50,273 nt of DNA, from contig JAVBOP010000154.1 in the NCBI GenBank assembly GCA_031550405.1, positions 1 through 50,273 of the forward strand, given 5' to 3'. A program made the position numbers and the translations under genes. The first letter of the stretch is position 1, and the number at the start of each line of letters is the position of its first letter. Of the stretch, positions 1 to 8,163 are shown piece by piece. The stretch comes from Candidatus Kapaibacterium sp. GTDB lineage: Bacteria > Bacteroidota > Ignavibacteria > Kapaibacteriales > UBA2268. A model generated the notes under the pieces. That model searched no databases. It worked only from the letters and a program-made list of their open reading frames with translations, and was not told where the DNA came from.

Positions 1-85
1 GCTCGCATTCATCGCCGCAGCCAGCCGCCATTATCGCCGCCAATGCCAGCACTGGCAGCCATTTCAAAATTTTTATTGTCTTCAT
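1..85 (-). CDS. 5' end of a lipoprotein gene that runs off the window (partial)
   Basis: Not in the ORF track because it is open at the window edge. The reverse strand has GGAGG a few nt before ATG (83-85), then MKTIKILKWLPVLALAAIMAAGCGDECE: a signal peptide plus a lipobox-like AAGC. Confidence 0.4.
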   Translation of the reverse strand, partial: MKTIKILKWLPVLALAAIMAAGCGDECE

Positions 86-131
86 AAGACCTCCATTTTT
101 AAATAAAATAGTGTGAAAAAATTTGTTTTTT

Positions 132-139
132 TAAATTTG
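132..139 (+). promoter_or_regulatory. TAAATTTG, candidate FCB-type -7 promoter box facing palindrome copy 161-180 and repeat element A
   Basis: Exact match to TAnnTTTG. No protein-coding gene lies downstream on this strand. The motif has low information content. Confidence 0.25.
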
Positions 140-160
140 TAAAGCATAATATGCCTCCAT

Positions 161-180
161 TTATGAATATTTTTTAATAA
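161..180. repeat. 20-bp palindromic motif copy (TTATGAATATTTTTTAATAA)
   Basis: Matches TTATGAA-N6-TT(C/A)ATAA and is identical to the copy at 8066-8085. Intergenic, 76 nt upstream of the partial lipoprotein start. Confidence 0.8.
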
Positions 181-185
181 TCTAT

Positions 186-270
186 ATCGTTATTGGCTGT
201 AATTGAAAGTTGTTTTGCAGCAGAACAGTGAAAGGTATTTGGTGTGTTCACTATTCTGCCGCTATTGCTC
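186..270 (+). repeat. Copy A of a structured element of about 85 nt (inverted partner at 3206-3288)
   Basis: Core 198-267 aligns by eye at roughly 85-90 percent with the reverse complement of 3206-3276. Internal hairpin: arm 217-232 (GCAGCAGAACAGTGAA) pairs with arm 247-262 (TTCACTATTCTGCCGC). Confidence 0.7.
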
Positions 271-405
271 TTCGATTTCCTGTATCTCCATTTCCATTGT
301 TTTTTCTTGTAGTAGTAATTGTCTAAATTTCAATATAACATTTTTTTATCATTTGCAGGTAGTGATTTCTTTTAAAACTTATTTTTGGCAAAACAGCTTA
401 TATAT

Positions 406-433
406 AAAAAAAATTCCATCTTAAAAGATGGAA
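406..433 (-). terminator. Rho-independent terminator downstream of secG
   Basis: On the minus strand: stem TTCCATCTT / AAGATGGAA followed by a run of T (A-run 406-413 on the plus strand). Confidence 0.7.
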
Positions 434-458
434 TTATCTGTATATATATAGTTAAAAT

Positions 459-812
459 TTAGTTTGCAGGCTGTTGTTCTTGCGATGGAGCAGGAGCAGG
501 CTGCACCGGAGCGGGCATAGGTTTCTGCTCAGGAATGGCAATGCCTTCTGTAACAGGTTTTACGATTTCCATCGCCGTTTGCCCAACAAAAAATTTATTT
601 GTAACAATAACAAGCAACATCATCGCAATTGCCAATCCAATTGTAGTTTTAGTTAATAAATCCATTGCTTTCCGCGTGCCAAACATTGATGTTATTGAGC
701 CGCCAATAGTGCCCATTCCTGTCATCATATCGCCTTTGCCCGGCTGAATCAGCACAACAAGTATTATCAATATTGCGATAATAATTAATAAAACCATCAA
801 AAAAGTATACAT
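459..812 (-). CDS. secG: Preprotein translocase subunit SecG
   Basis: 117 aa with two TM segments. Has the LIQPGKGDMMTGMG...FGTRKAMDLLTKTT pattern typical of SecG, plus a Pro/Ala/Gln-rich tail. Confidence 0.85.
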   Translation of the reverse strand: MYTFLMVLLIIIAILIILVVLIQPGKGDMMTGMGTIGGSITSMFGTRKAMDLLTKTTIGLAIAMMLLVIVTNKFFVGQTAMEIVKPVTEGIAIPEQKPMPAPVQPAPAPSQEQQPAN

Positions 813-866
813 TTTTCTTCTCTTCCCTATTGTAATTTACGTTATTTGCTTTAAAAGTACAGGCTA

Positions 867-874
867 CAAAAATA
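867..874 (-). promoter_or_regulatory. TATTTTTG candidate -7 box upstream of secG
   Basis: Reverse complement of CAAAAATA, 55 nt upstream of the secG ATG. Confidence 0.3.
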
Positions 875-983
875 AGATAATTAATGCTTATAAACAAAAT
901 ATTTTTTTGCGGGATCGAATTTGCCATCCAATTTACTTGGATAATTTTGCCAATAAATCCTACGAATGCTTGATATAGCATAA

Positions 984-991
984 TATATTTG
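984..991 (+). promoter_or_regulatory. TATATTTG candidate -7 box upstream of rubrerythrin
   Basis: Matches TAnnTTTG about 70 nt upstream of ATG 1062. An AAGGAG RBS lies at about 1048. Confidence 0.3.
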
Positions 992-1061
992 CTTTTTATC
1001 CGTTTATATAGCTTGTAGAAAATTAGTAAATAAAGTATTTTTACACAAGGAGAAAAAATAT

Positions 1062-1637
1062 ATGGCTAAATTAGCAGGAACAAAAACAGAAAAAAATTTA
1101 TTGAAAGCTTTTGCTGGCGAATCGCAGGCAAGAAATCGCTATGAAATGTTTGCAAAAATTGCACGGAACGAGGGCTACGAACAGATTGCAGGCATTTTTG
1201 AAGAAACAGCGGCACAGGAAAAAGAGCATGCAAAGCGTTTCTTTAAATTTTTGGAAGGCGGAATGGTTGAAATCACAGCTACTTATCCAGCTGGAATTGT
1301 TGGCACAACACCGGAAAATTTGAAAGCAGCTGCCGACGGCGAGCGAGAAGAATGGGATATTCTTTATGCTGATTTTGCGAAAACAGCGAAAGAGGAAGGC
1401 TTTAATGACGTTGCTGCCGCATTTAACATGATATCAAAAGTAGAATATCAGCATGAAAAACGCTATTTGAAATTGCTTGAAAATATTGAAAAAGAGCACG
1501 TATTTGTTAGCGATAAGGCGGAAAAATGGTATTGCCGCAATTGTGGTTATGTTCACGAAGGCGACAAAGCCCCAGAAAAATGCCCTGCCTGTTTGCATCC
1601 TAAAGCGCATTTTCAATTAATGGCAGAAAATTATTAG
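1062..1637 (+). CDS. rbr: Rubrerythrin
   Basis: N-terminal ferritin-like diiron domain (EKNLLKAFAGESQARNRY, EKEHAKRF) plus a C-terminal rubredoxin-like CRNCG...CPAC motif. Confidence 0.9.
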   Translation: MAKLAGTKTEKNLLKAFAGESQARNRYEMFAKIARNEGYEQIAGIFEETAAQEKEHAKRFFKFLEGGMVEITATYPAGIVGTTPENLKAAADGEREEWDILYADFAKTAKEEGFNDVAAAFNMISKVEYQHEKRYLKLLENIEKEHVFVSDKAEKWYCRNCGYVHEGDKAPEKCPACLHPKAHFQLMAENY

Positions 1638-1648
1638 ACTCTGCTGTT

Positions 1649-1668
1649 TTATGAATATTTTTTCATAA
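1649..1668. repeat. 20-bp palindromic motif copy (TTATGAATATTTTTTCATAA)
   Basis: Perfect 7-6-7 palindrome 12 nt after the rbr stop. Identical to the copy at 25347-25366. Confidence 0.85.
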
Positions 1669-1688
1669 ATATATTCTTAATTTGTATT

Positions 1689-1715
1689 GGGACGAGTTTT
1701 GCTCGTCCTTTTTTT
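1689..1715 (+). terminator. Rho-independent terminator of rbr
   Basis: GGACGAG-TTTTG-CTCGTCC followed by TTTTTTT. Confidence 0.85.
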
Positions 1716-1807
1716 GTTAAATAAGGAATTTATTGATTTATCTGGCAGCAATAAATAAAATGTTGATAAATATCGAGTATAAATTTGTTGGTTATAGGAT
1801 AAAAATG

Positions 1808-1815
1808 TATTTTTG
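1808..1815 (+). promoter_or_regulatory. TATTTTTG candidate -7 box upstream of the decarboxylase beta-subunit gene
   Basis: 43 nt upstream of ATG 1858. Confidence 0.35.
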
Positions 1816-1857
1816 TAACATATATATATGTCATAATATAAAAATGGGAACTTTATA

Positions 1858-2988
1858 ATGTTAGAAGCTATCACAGAGTTGATGAACTCTATGGCATTTC
1901 AATACCTCAATTGGGGTAATATTATCATGATATTAATATCTGTTGTCTTGCTCTATTTGGCTATTGTCAAGGGCTTTGAGCCTTTGTTGCTTATACCGAT
2001 TGCTTTTGGTTGCTTCCTTGCCAACCTGCCGATGAGCGGTCTGTTAAACCCTGCAACAGCAGATACCATTGGTGGTATGTTCTATTATGTATCCTATGGC
2101 TTGAAACTGGAGCTATTTCCACCGCTTATCTTCCTCGGAATAGGAGCTATGACCGATTTTGGACCGCTTTTAGCCAATCCAAAAACTTTTTTGCTCGGTG
2201 CATCTGCGCAACTTGGGGTTTATACAGCCTTTTTGCTGGCATTTGCGTTTGGTTTTACACTGCCGGAAGCAGCATCAATTGGCATTATAGGTGGCGCCGA
2301 TGGACCTACCGCGATATTTTTAACAAATAAACTGGCACCTCATCTGCTTGGCGCCATTGCAGTTGCGGCATATTCATACATGGCGCTTATACCGCTTATC
2401 CAGCCGCCAATAATGAAACTTGTAACCAATGACAAAGAGCGCAAGACCGTTATGTCGCCTCCTCTCGCGGTTTCCAAGTGGGTAAAAGTAGCATTCCCAT
2501 TGCTGGTTACTTTCCTTGCGGTTATGATTGTTCCACCCGCCGCACCCCTTGTGGCAATGCTTATGGGCGGCAACCTCCTTAAGGAAAGCGGTGTTGTCGA
2601 CAGATTATCAAAAATGGCGCAAAATGAGCTTATAAACATAGTTACGCTGTTCCTTGGCATATCTGTTGGTATGAAGATGAGTGCTGATGTGTTTTTGACA
2701 TTTGAGACTATCAAGATAATAATACTTGGAGTAATAGCCTTTTCATTTTCCACGTTTGGCGGTGCATTTTTAGGCAAAATCATGTACTATATCACAGGTG
2801 GCAAGGTTAATCCTCTCATTGGCTCGGCAGGAGTATCAGCAGTACCAATGGCAGCGCGTGTTTCGCATGACGTCGGCTTAAGATACAATCCTAACAATTA
2901 TCTGCTCATGCACGCTATGGGACCTAATGTTGCGGGTGTTATAGGCAGTGCCGTTGCTGCAGGCGCATTGCTCGCATTTTTAGGATAG
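1858..2988 (+). CDS. Na+-translocating decarboxylase beta subunit (OadB/MmdB/GcdB family)
   Basis: 376-aa polytopic membrane protein. Length, the N-terminal GFEPLLLIPIAFG motif and the GADGPTAIF and SAGVSAVPMAARV segments are typical of the family. Confidence 0.8.
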   Translation: MLEAITELMNSMAFQYLNWGNIIMILISVVLLYLAIVKGFEPLLLIPIAFGCFLANLPMSGLLNPATADTIGGMFYYVSYGLKLELFPPLIFLGIGAMTDFGPLLANPKTFLLGASAQLGVYTAFLLAFAFGFTLPEAASIGIIGGADGPTAIFLTNKLAPHLLGAIAVAAYSYMALIPLIQPPIMKLVTNDKERKTVMSPPLAVSKWVKVAFPLLVTFLAVMIVPPAAPLVAMLMGGNLLKESGVVDRLSKMAQNELINIVTLFLGISVGMKMSADVFLTFETIKIIILGVIAFSFSTFGGAFLGKIMYYITGGKVNPLIGSAGVSAVPMAARVSHDVGLRYNPNNYLLMHAMGPNVAGVIGSAVAAGALLAFLG

Positions 2989-3091
2989 GATTAAGTTTAC
3001 GCCCTGCATAATAATTTAAAATACCAAAATAAAAAATCATATATACAATATTGCATTTATTCTACAAAGATTAAATCATCTAAATACTCCA

Positions 3092-3120
3092 ATGGGCTAC
3101 TTCGGTATCCCATTTTTTTT
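3092..3120 (+). terminator. Rho-independent terminator downstream of the decarboxylase beta-subunit gene
   Basis: ATGGGCTAC-TTCG-GTATCCCAT (one mismatch, UUCG loop) followed by T8. Confidence 0.7.
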
Positions 3121-3205
3121 AATTGATTGATGATAAAGCATTACTATCTTCAGGTTTTCTGTTGTTATAGCTATAGCAAAGACGAGATTAGTATAGAATT
3201 CTGAC

Positions 3206-3288
3206 CAATAGCGACAGAATAGTGAACATACATAAATACCTTTCACTGTTCTGCTGCAAAAAACTTCTCAATTACAATCAACAATGAT
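3206..3288 (-). repeat. Copy B of the structured element of about 85 nt (inverted partner of 186-270)
   Basis: Its reverse complement aligns with copy A. The hairpin arms are 3211-3226 and 3242-3257. Like copy A it lies immediately next to a palindrome copy (3299-3318). Confidence 0.7.
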
Positions 3289-3298
3289 CTAATTTTTA

Positions 3299-3318
3299 TT
3301 ATGAAAATATTTTCATAA
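3299..3318. repeat. 20-bp palindromic motif copy (TTATGAAAATATTTTCATAA)
   Basis: Perfect half-sites. Ends 2 nt before the stop codon (3321-3323) of the minus-strand alkylation-repair gene. Confidence 0.85.
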
Positions 3319-3320
3319 TT

Positions 3321-4040
3321 CTATTTTTTCATGGCTTCTGCTTTCATTTCTGGCGGCATTTTTTCGATTGCATAGCGAAGTGCGGTTCGAGGCATAGTCG
3401 CTTTGTGCTTGATAACAAAATCAAATACCTCTTTTTGATGAGCTTGACTTGCCGCTTTGAGTAGCCAGCCATAACCTTTCTGAACCAAATCGTCTTTGTC
3501 TTCCAGCAAAATAGCAGCTATCTCGAAAATATCATCTAAAAACAAGCCCTTGCGAGCAGGAATAATGAGCGAAACAGCTGCAGCACGGCGAACCCAGCGG
3601 TTATTTGACGTTGCCCATTTCTTTAATTGCGATATATAATTCGGGTACATTCCAATAAATTCGCCGACAGTATGATTGCACAAAATATCGCACGAAGCCC
3701 AATTATTCACATGATTTTGCACCCAGCGCTCGAATATCTCAAAGTCGTCTGGCTCATATTGTTTGTGTATATAATACGACCAGTTACAGGCGATAAACGA
3801 TTCTTCCAAATATCCCGAACGCCAAAGCTCCTCGCATAAATTAAAAATTTCTTCTTTAGATTCGCCTTTTATTTCATCGAAATATGTTTTGCTGATTTTA
3901 TTGACAGCAGGCACTTTCACGCCGTATGATTTGATTTTTTCCTTAAAGAAATGCTGCGATGTGCTTTGCGTTTTTTCGTCAATGCTGTTTTCCAGCTTCT
4001 CTTTTATTCGATTAAGTATTGTATTCATTCGTATTATCAT
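3321..4040 (-). CDS. DNA alkylation repair protein (AlkD/AlkC-like HEAT-repeat glycosylase family)
   Basis: 239 aa and all-helical. The pattern (QHFFKEKIKSYGVKVP, NWASCD, NRWVRRAAAVSL, GYGWLLK) resembles the DNA alkylation repair enzyme family. An alternative ATG start lies at 4028. Confidence 0.65.
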   Translation of the reverse strand: MIIRMNTILNRIKEKLENSIDEKTQSTSQHFFKEKIKSYGVKVPAVNKISKTYFDEIKGESKEEIFNLCEELWRSGYLEESFIACNWSYYIHKQYEPDDFEIFERWVQNHVNNWASCDILCNHTVGEFIGMYPNYISQLKKWATSNNRWVRRAAAVSLIIPARKGLFLDDIFEIAAILLEDKDDLVQKGYGWLLKAASQAHQKEVFDFVIKHKATMPRTALRYAIEKMPPEMKAEAMKK

Positions 4041-4048
4041 TATAGTTT

Positions 4049-4068
4049 TTATGAATTTTTTTTAATAT
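4049..4068. repeat. 20-bp palindromic motif copy, degenerate right half (TTATGAATTTTTTTTAATAT)
   Basis: 9 nt upstream of the alkylation-repair gene start. Confidence 0.6.
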
Positions 4069-4164
4069 ACTATATCTGCCATGCGATACATAGGATTGCT
4101 GGGTGGTACAGATTCTTCGCACTGATTAGAATGACATTAGTATACTTTGCAATGCTGAATTATA

Positions 4165-5043
4165 TTATTCGGCGTTATCCTCAAAAGCATATTCAGCCCA
4201 AAATAATTTTTTTCTCATTAATGAATAAAAATTGCTGTTATCTGGGGTTAGTATTTTGGCTTTGCGGTTAGAAAGACTAAAAATAATCGTTTCGCCAGAG
4301 TTTATAATTTGGTGTGAATGCCCGTCAGCACTCATAATCGCCTTGCCCGATGGTGAAAAAATTTTTAATGTTATATCTTTTTCGTTTGATAGAACGAGCG
4401 GGCGCAAAGTCAAAGAATGAGGACAAATTGGCGTAATGCAAAACACACTTGTATTCGGGTGCAAAATAGGACCTCCGCTTGACAAAGAGTAAGCCGTCGA
4501 ACCCGTCGGCGTGGAGATAATCAGCCCATCGGCGCGGTAATCGCCAATATAATGCTCGTTGGAAAATACCTTCAAAGTTATCATCTTCGTAGCGCCAGTT
4601 TTCTCAATAACAAAATCATTTAATGCCGTTATAATATGGCTGCTATACTGCGTTTGCAGCATATTTCTCTCCTGAATTTTGTACTCGGCATTCATTAATT
4701 TATCAATGTCGGCAAGCAAATTTTCAACAGAAAATTCCGCTAAAAATCCGAGCTTTCCAACGTTGAACCCCATAATTGGAATATTTTTGTCAATATAACT
4801 TTTAACGGCGGCAAGCATCGTTCCATCGCCGCCAAATGTGATGACAAAATCGGCATTTTGAGCTATGGAATTATCCTCCAGCAGGTGTAGGTTGGGGTGG
4901 TGGATTTTTTCAGAAAATTTATTGAAAGATGATTTTTTAACATAACATTTGCTGTTGTGTTGCAACAGATATTTTGTTGCAATTTCTGCATATGTGCCTG
5001 CTTTCGGCGTGTCGAAATTATCAAATATTACTATTGTTGCCAT
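4165..5043 (-). CDS. nadK: NAD kinase
   Basis: Has the GGDGTML motif, the later TPTGSTAYSLSSGGPI motif, and typical length (292 aa). Confidence 0.9.
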   Translation of the reverse strand: MATIVIFDNFDTPKAGTYAEIATKYLLQHNSKCYVKKSSFNKFSEKIHHPNLHLLEDNSIAQNADFVITFGGDGTMLAAVKSYIDKNIPIMGFNVGKLGFLAEFSVENLLADIDKLMNAEYKIQERNMLQTQYSSHIITALNDFVIEKTGATKMITLKVFSNEHYIGDYRADGLIISTPTGSTAYSLSSGGPILHPNTSVFCITPICPHSLTLRPLVLSNEKDITLKIFSPSGKAIMSADGHSHQIINSGETIIFSLSNRKAKILTPDNSNFYSLMRKKLFWAEYAFEDNAE

Positions 5044-5103
5044 GTGCTGTAATATATTTTATTGTATAAACTTATAAAGATTATATTCTGATTTTCTGTG
5101 TAT

Positions 5104-5123
5104 TTATTAAAAAAAAATCATAA
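5104..5123. repeat. 20-bp palindromic motif copy, variant (TTATTAAAAAAAAATCATAA)
   Basis: Intergenic, about 60 nt upstream of the nadK start. Confidence 0.55.
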
Positions 5124-5223
5124 ATATATGAAGATAAACTTAAATTCAGCTTTCAGTCTTTTGCCATTATATGTTGTTGTTATGCGAGCCGTGTTTTTTT
5201 AAATATTTTTTTATCTATAGCTT

Positions 5224-5985
5224 CTATTTTACGAGATTTGAAATGTATTTTACAATCTTTCTTGGAAAATCAGTGCCTATCACTTTTACATCATGTTGTA
5301 AAGCCTTGGCCAATGTCGCCTCGTCATCTACGCCATATACTCCAATAACAATATCGTTTTTTTGAGCATTTATGATTTTTTTTTCATCTAATTCATCTAT
5401 AGAGCAAATAAAAGCATTTGAGCAAGCTGTTGTTTTATAATGACTTGGCAAATAAACTGCATTATCCAAATGTATTGCTGCAGTATAGATTTCACTATCT
5501 TTTGATTTAAGAAAAATAAGGTTATTGATATCGAAGGATGTAATTATTGAATTGTTTTTAAAATTATATTTGTCTAATATGTCAAGAAGTCGGAGCAAGT
5601 TCGGCACTGTATTTTCCGAAAATTCAGGTTTGACTTCAATACTCAAATATACTTTATCTCTAATAAAATCAATAACATCGGAAAGCAAAATTATCCTTTC
5701 ATTTGAGAATTTTTTATCAAACCAGCTCCCAATGTCATAGCGCTTAATTTCCTCAAAATTCAAATCAGAAATTTTGTCCTGTGTATGAACAATCGCCGCA
5801 TCGTGATAAACGACAATTTTGCCATCTTTTGAAAATTGTATGTCAATTTCAATCATATCCGCACCCGAAGCAATTGCTTCAATAAAAGCAGGATACGTAT
5901 TTTCGGGCGCCACACCCGAAGCGCCACGATGAGCCGCTACTATATATTTTTTTTCAAGTACAAATTCTCCTAAATCTTTCATCAT
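5224..5985 (-). CDS. Glycerophosphodiester phosphodiesterase family protein
   Basis: Has VAAHRGASGVAPENT and EIDIQFSKDG, the GDPD catalytic motifs. Confidence 0.85.
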   Translation of the reverse strand: MMKDLGEFVLEKKYIVAAHRGASGVAPENTYPAFIEAIASGADMIEIDIQFSKDGKIVVYHDAAIVHTQDKISDLNFEEIKRYDIGSWFDKKFSNERIILLSDVIDFIRDKVYLSIEVKPEFSENTVPNLLRLLDILDKYNFKNNSIITSFDINNLIFLKSKDSEIYTAAIHLDNAVYLPSHYKTTACSNAFICSIDELDEKKIINAQKNDIVIGVYGVDDEATLAKALQHDVKVIGTDFPRKIVKYISNLVK

Positions 5986-5996
5986 CTTCTTCCAAA

Positions 5997-6016
5997 TTAT
6001 GATTTTTTTTTAATAA
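5997..6016. repeat. 20-bp palindromic motif copy, variant (TTATGATTTTTTTTTAATAA)
   Basis: Lies between the HD-protein stop and the GDPD start. Confidence 0.55.
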
Positions 6017-6028
6017 ATATGTATGAAA

Positions 6029-6856
6029 TTAGTAATATGGATTGATTCGCTTTGATATTAAATCTGTTTTTAAATTATAAATAATATTATCAACAACACT
6101 GTCTACTATCGTGTTAAATTCAACTATTTCGCCACATAGATGCTCTTGGATAATTTTTCTTTCTTCGTGAGATGATGAAAGAATTTTTTGAATATCGCTC
6201 ATGGAAAGGCTCGACAAATTGGATATTTTTTCATTGGCTTCCATTCGCAATTTTTGCATGTGATCAACCAAATTATCAATAACTTTTTCAACAATAAGCT
6301 CAATCGTTCTATGCACGTATTTGGTTCTCGTATCGATTAAGTCTTTGATTTCATTGAACATATTGATATTTATATTCGCTGCGTAAGGCAGAATAAATTT
6401 TCTGGTTTCTTCAAGCGTTTTGTAGACCTTTTCGATATTAAAAGTTCCAAGCTGAATATCTGTCAAATTGCTTATCCTGTCTGCAAGTTTGATGATTTTC
6501 GCCTCCGGAGTGCCATTTACCATAACGCGATACAGATATTCATCCTTTGTTTCAAATTCCAAATTAACGGACAGTTCGTCAACCAATTCAACAACTCTAA
6601 AGCCATCGGCATCAATACTGCGAATATATTCCGGGTTATATGCTTCCGGCGCATCTTCCTTTAAATCATGCAGCATAGCAGCTTTTAATATCACCGAATC
6701 AATGACTTTATGGTCAATTAAAATTCCAACCGCTGCCCATGTGTGGCGGAATTGATTGCCACCAATTTTTCTCGACTTGCCTATCAGCGCAGTCGCAACT
6801 TGCATATATGGTGCAAGTATCATATCTTTTAATTTTTCTGTCTCAAAATTATTCAT
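6029..6856 (-). CDS. HD-domain protein, RelA/SpoT-type hydrolase-like N-terminus with a helical C-terminal extension
   Basis: FRHTWAAVGIL...AAMLHDLKEDAP resembles the His...HD..ED signature of (p)ppGpp hydrolase-type HD domains. No synthetase domain is present. Confidence 0.5.
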   Translation of the reverse strand: MNNFETEKLKDMILAPYMQVATALIGKSRKIGGNQFRHTWAAVGILIDHKVIDSVILKAAMLHDLKEDAPEAYNPEYIRSIDADGFRVVELVDELSVNLEFETKDEYLYRVMVNGTPEAKIIKLADRISNLTDIQLGTFNIEKVYKTLEETRKFILPYAANININMFNEIKDLIDTRTKYVHRTIELIVEKVIDNLVDHMQKLRMEANEKISNLSSLSMSDIQKILSSSHEERKIIQEHLCGEIVEFNTIVDSVVDNIIYNLKTDLISKRINPYY

Positions 6857-7091
6857 CTATAACTTCAATACTATGATTTTTGGAATTTGCCAATAAGCAT
6901 TAATGCTTTTCAAATTTTGTTGTTTTGATCATTTAAGTTTATTCTATTTCAGTCGCTTATCTGTTATATTATGTATAATTTTTAATGCTTTCAAAATGAC
7001 AAAATTGTTAAAACTAAAATTATTGGCTGTTTCTTATCCATGCAAATTACATCTTTTTTTGCTAAATTGCATTTCTTTTTCATAATTTTAT

Positions 7092-8063
7092 ATGATTTCC
7101 ATACTAATTACAGGTGGCGCAGGCTTTATTGGCAGCAATTTCATTAGCTGCATGCAAAAAAAATACCGCAATTGCAAAATTATTAATTTGGATAAACTGA
7201 CTTATGCGGGCAATCTAAATAATTTATCTGGCGTAATTTCTGATAATTATTATTTTATTCAAGGCGATATAGCAGACACTAAACTTGTAAATAATATTCT
7301 TGAAACGCATAATCCTTCAATAATAGTTAATTTCGCTGCCGAATCGCACGTAGACAAATCTATTGCCAATCCTGAAGATTTTATCCAAACGAATATCGTT
7401 GGCACTGCAAACTTACTGTATGTTGCGAAAAATCATTGGGATAAGGTTGGATATAAAAATAAGCTTTTTTTTCAAATATCGACTGACGAGGTTTACGGTT
7501 CGCTTCCAGAAGATCAACCTAATTTAAAATTTAGAGAAGAAACCCCGCTATCGCCGCATAGCCCTTATGCCGCTTCAAAAGCCAGTGCAGACATGCTTGT
7601 CCAGACATATCACGACACTTACGGCTTTCCGACGCTGATTTCCCGTTGCTCAAATAATTTTGGACCCAATCAATATCCTGAAAAACTTATTCCGGTTATC
7701 ATATTGAATGCGATAAAAAACAAGCCGATCCCCATTTATGGCGACGGCAAAAATATACGCGATTGGATATTTGTCGAAGATCATTGTAACGCTATTCTAC
7801 AGCTGATAGATAGCGGGATGCGAGGCACTGTTTTTAATATTGGCGGTAACTGCGAAATAAAAAATATTGACATTGTCCGCTTTATTCTTGACGCATTGGA
7901 CAAGCCGCATTCGCTTATTCAGCATGTCGAAGACAGATTGGGGCACGATCGCCGCTATGCGGTTGACACAACAAAAATCGAAAGTTTATTCAAGTTCCAT
8001 CCTTCTCCATTCGAGCAAAATATGCTTGCAACAATAGACTGGTACAGGAAAACATACGCATAG
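7092..8063 (+). CDS. rfbB: dTDP-glucose 4,6-dehydratase
   Basis: Has TGGAGFIGSNF, the YAASKASADMLV (YxxxK) motif and the HVEDRLGHDRRY tail. Confidence 0.9.
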   Translation: MISILITGGAGFIGSNFISCMQKKYRNCKIINLDKLTYAGNLNNLSGVISDNYYFIQGDIADTKLVNNILETHNPSIIVNFAAESHVDKSIANPEDFIQTNIVGTANLLYVAKNHWDKVGYKNKLFFQISTDEVYGSLPEDQPNLKFREETPLSPHSPYAASKASADMLVQTYHDTYGFPTLISRCSNNFGPNQYPEKLIPVIILNAIKNKPIPIYGDGKNIRDWIFVEDHCNAILQLIDSGMRGTVFNIGGNCEIKNIDIVRFILDALDKPHSLIQHVEDRLGHDRRYAVDTTKIESLFKFHPSPFEQNMLATIDWYRKTYA

Positions 8064-8065
8064 AT

Positions 8066-8085
8066 TTATGAATATTTTTTAATAA
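8066..8085. repeat. 20-bp palindromic motif copy (TTATGAATATTTTTTAATAA)
   Basis: Starts 3 nt after the last base of the rfbB stop codon. Identical to the copy at 161-180. Confidence 0.8.
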
Positions 8086-8125
8086 ATGTTACTGTTTGCT
8101 TGTTGTTTTACTCAGCAAAAATATG

Positions 8126-8133
8126 TATTTTTG
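8126..8133 (+). promoter_or_regulatory. TATTTTTG candidate -7 box upstream of the DoxX/MauE gene
   Basis: 31 nt upstream of ATG 8164. Confidence 0.35.
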
Positions 8134-8163
8134 CAAATCATAATTATTTTGAGGCATATAAAT

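Noticed and set aside
203-424. 73-aa ORF overlapping repeat element A
   Set aside because: It has a non-ATG start, no RBS and a Cys/Ser/Phe-rich nonsense-like translation. The conservation with copy B is at the nucleotide and hairpin level, not in this frame.
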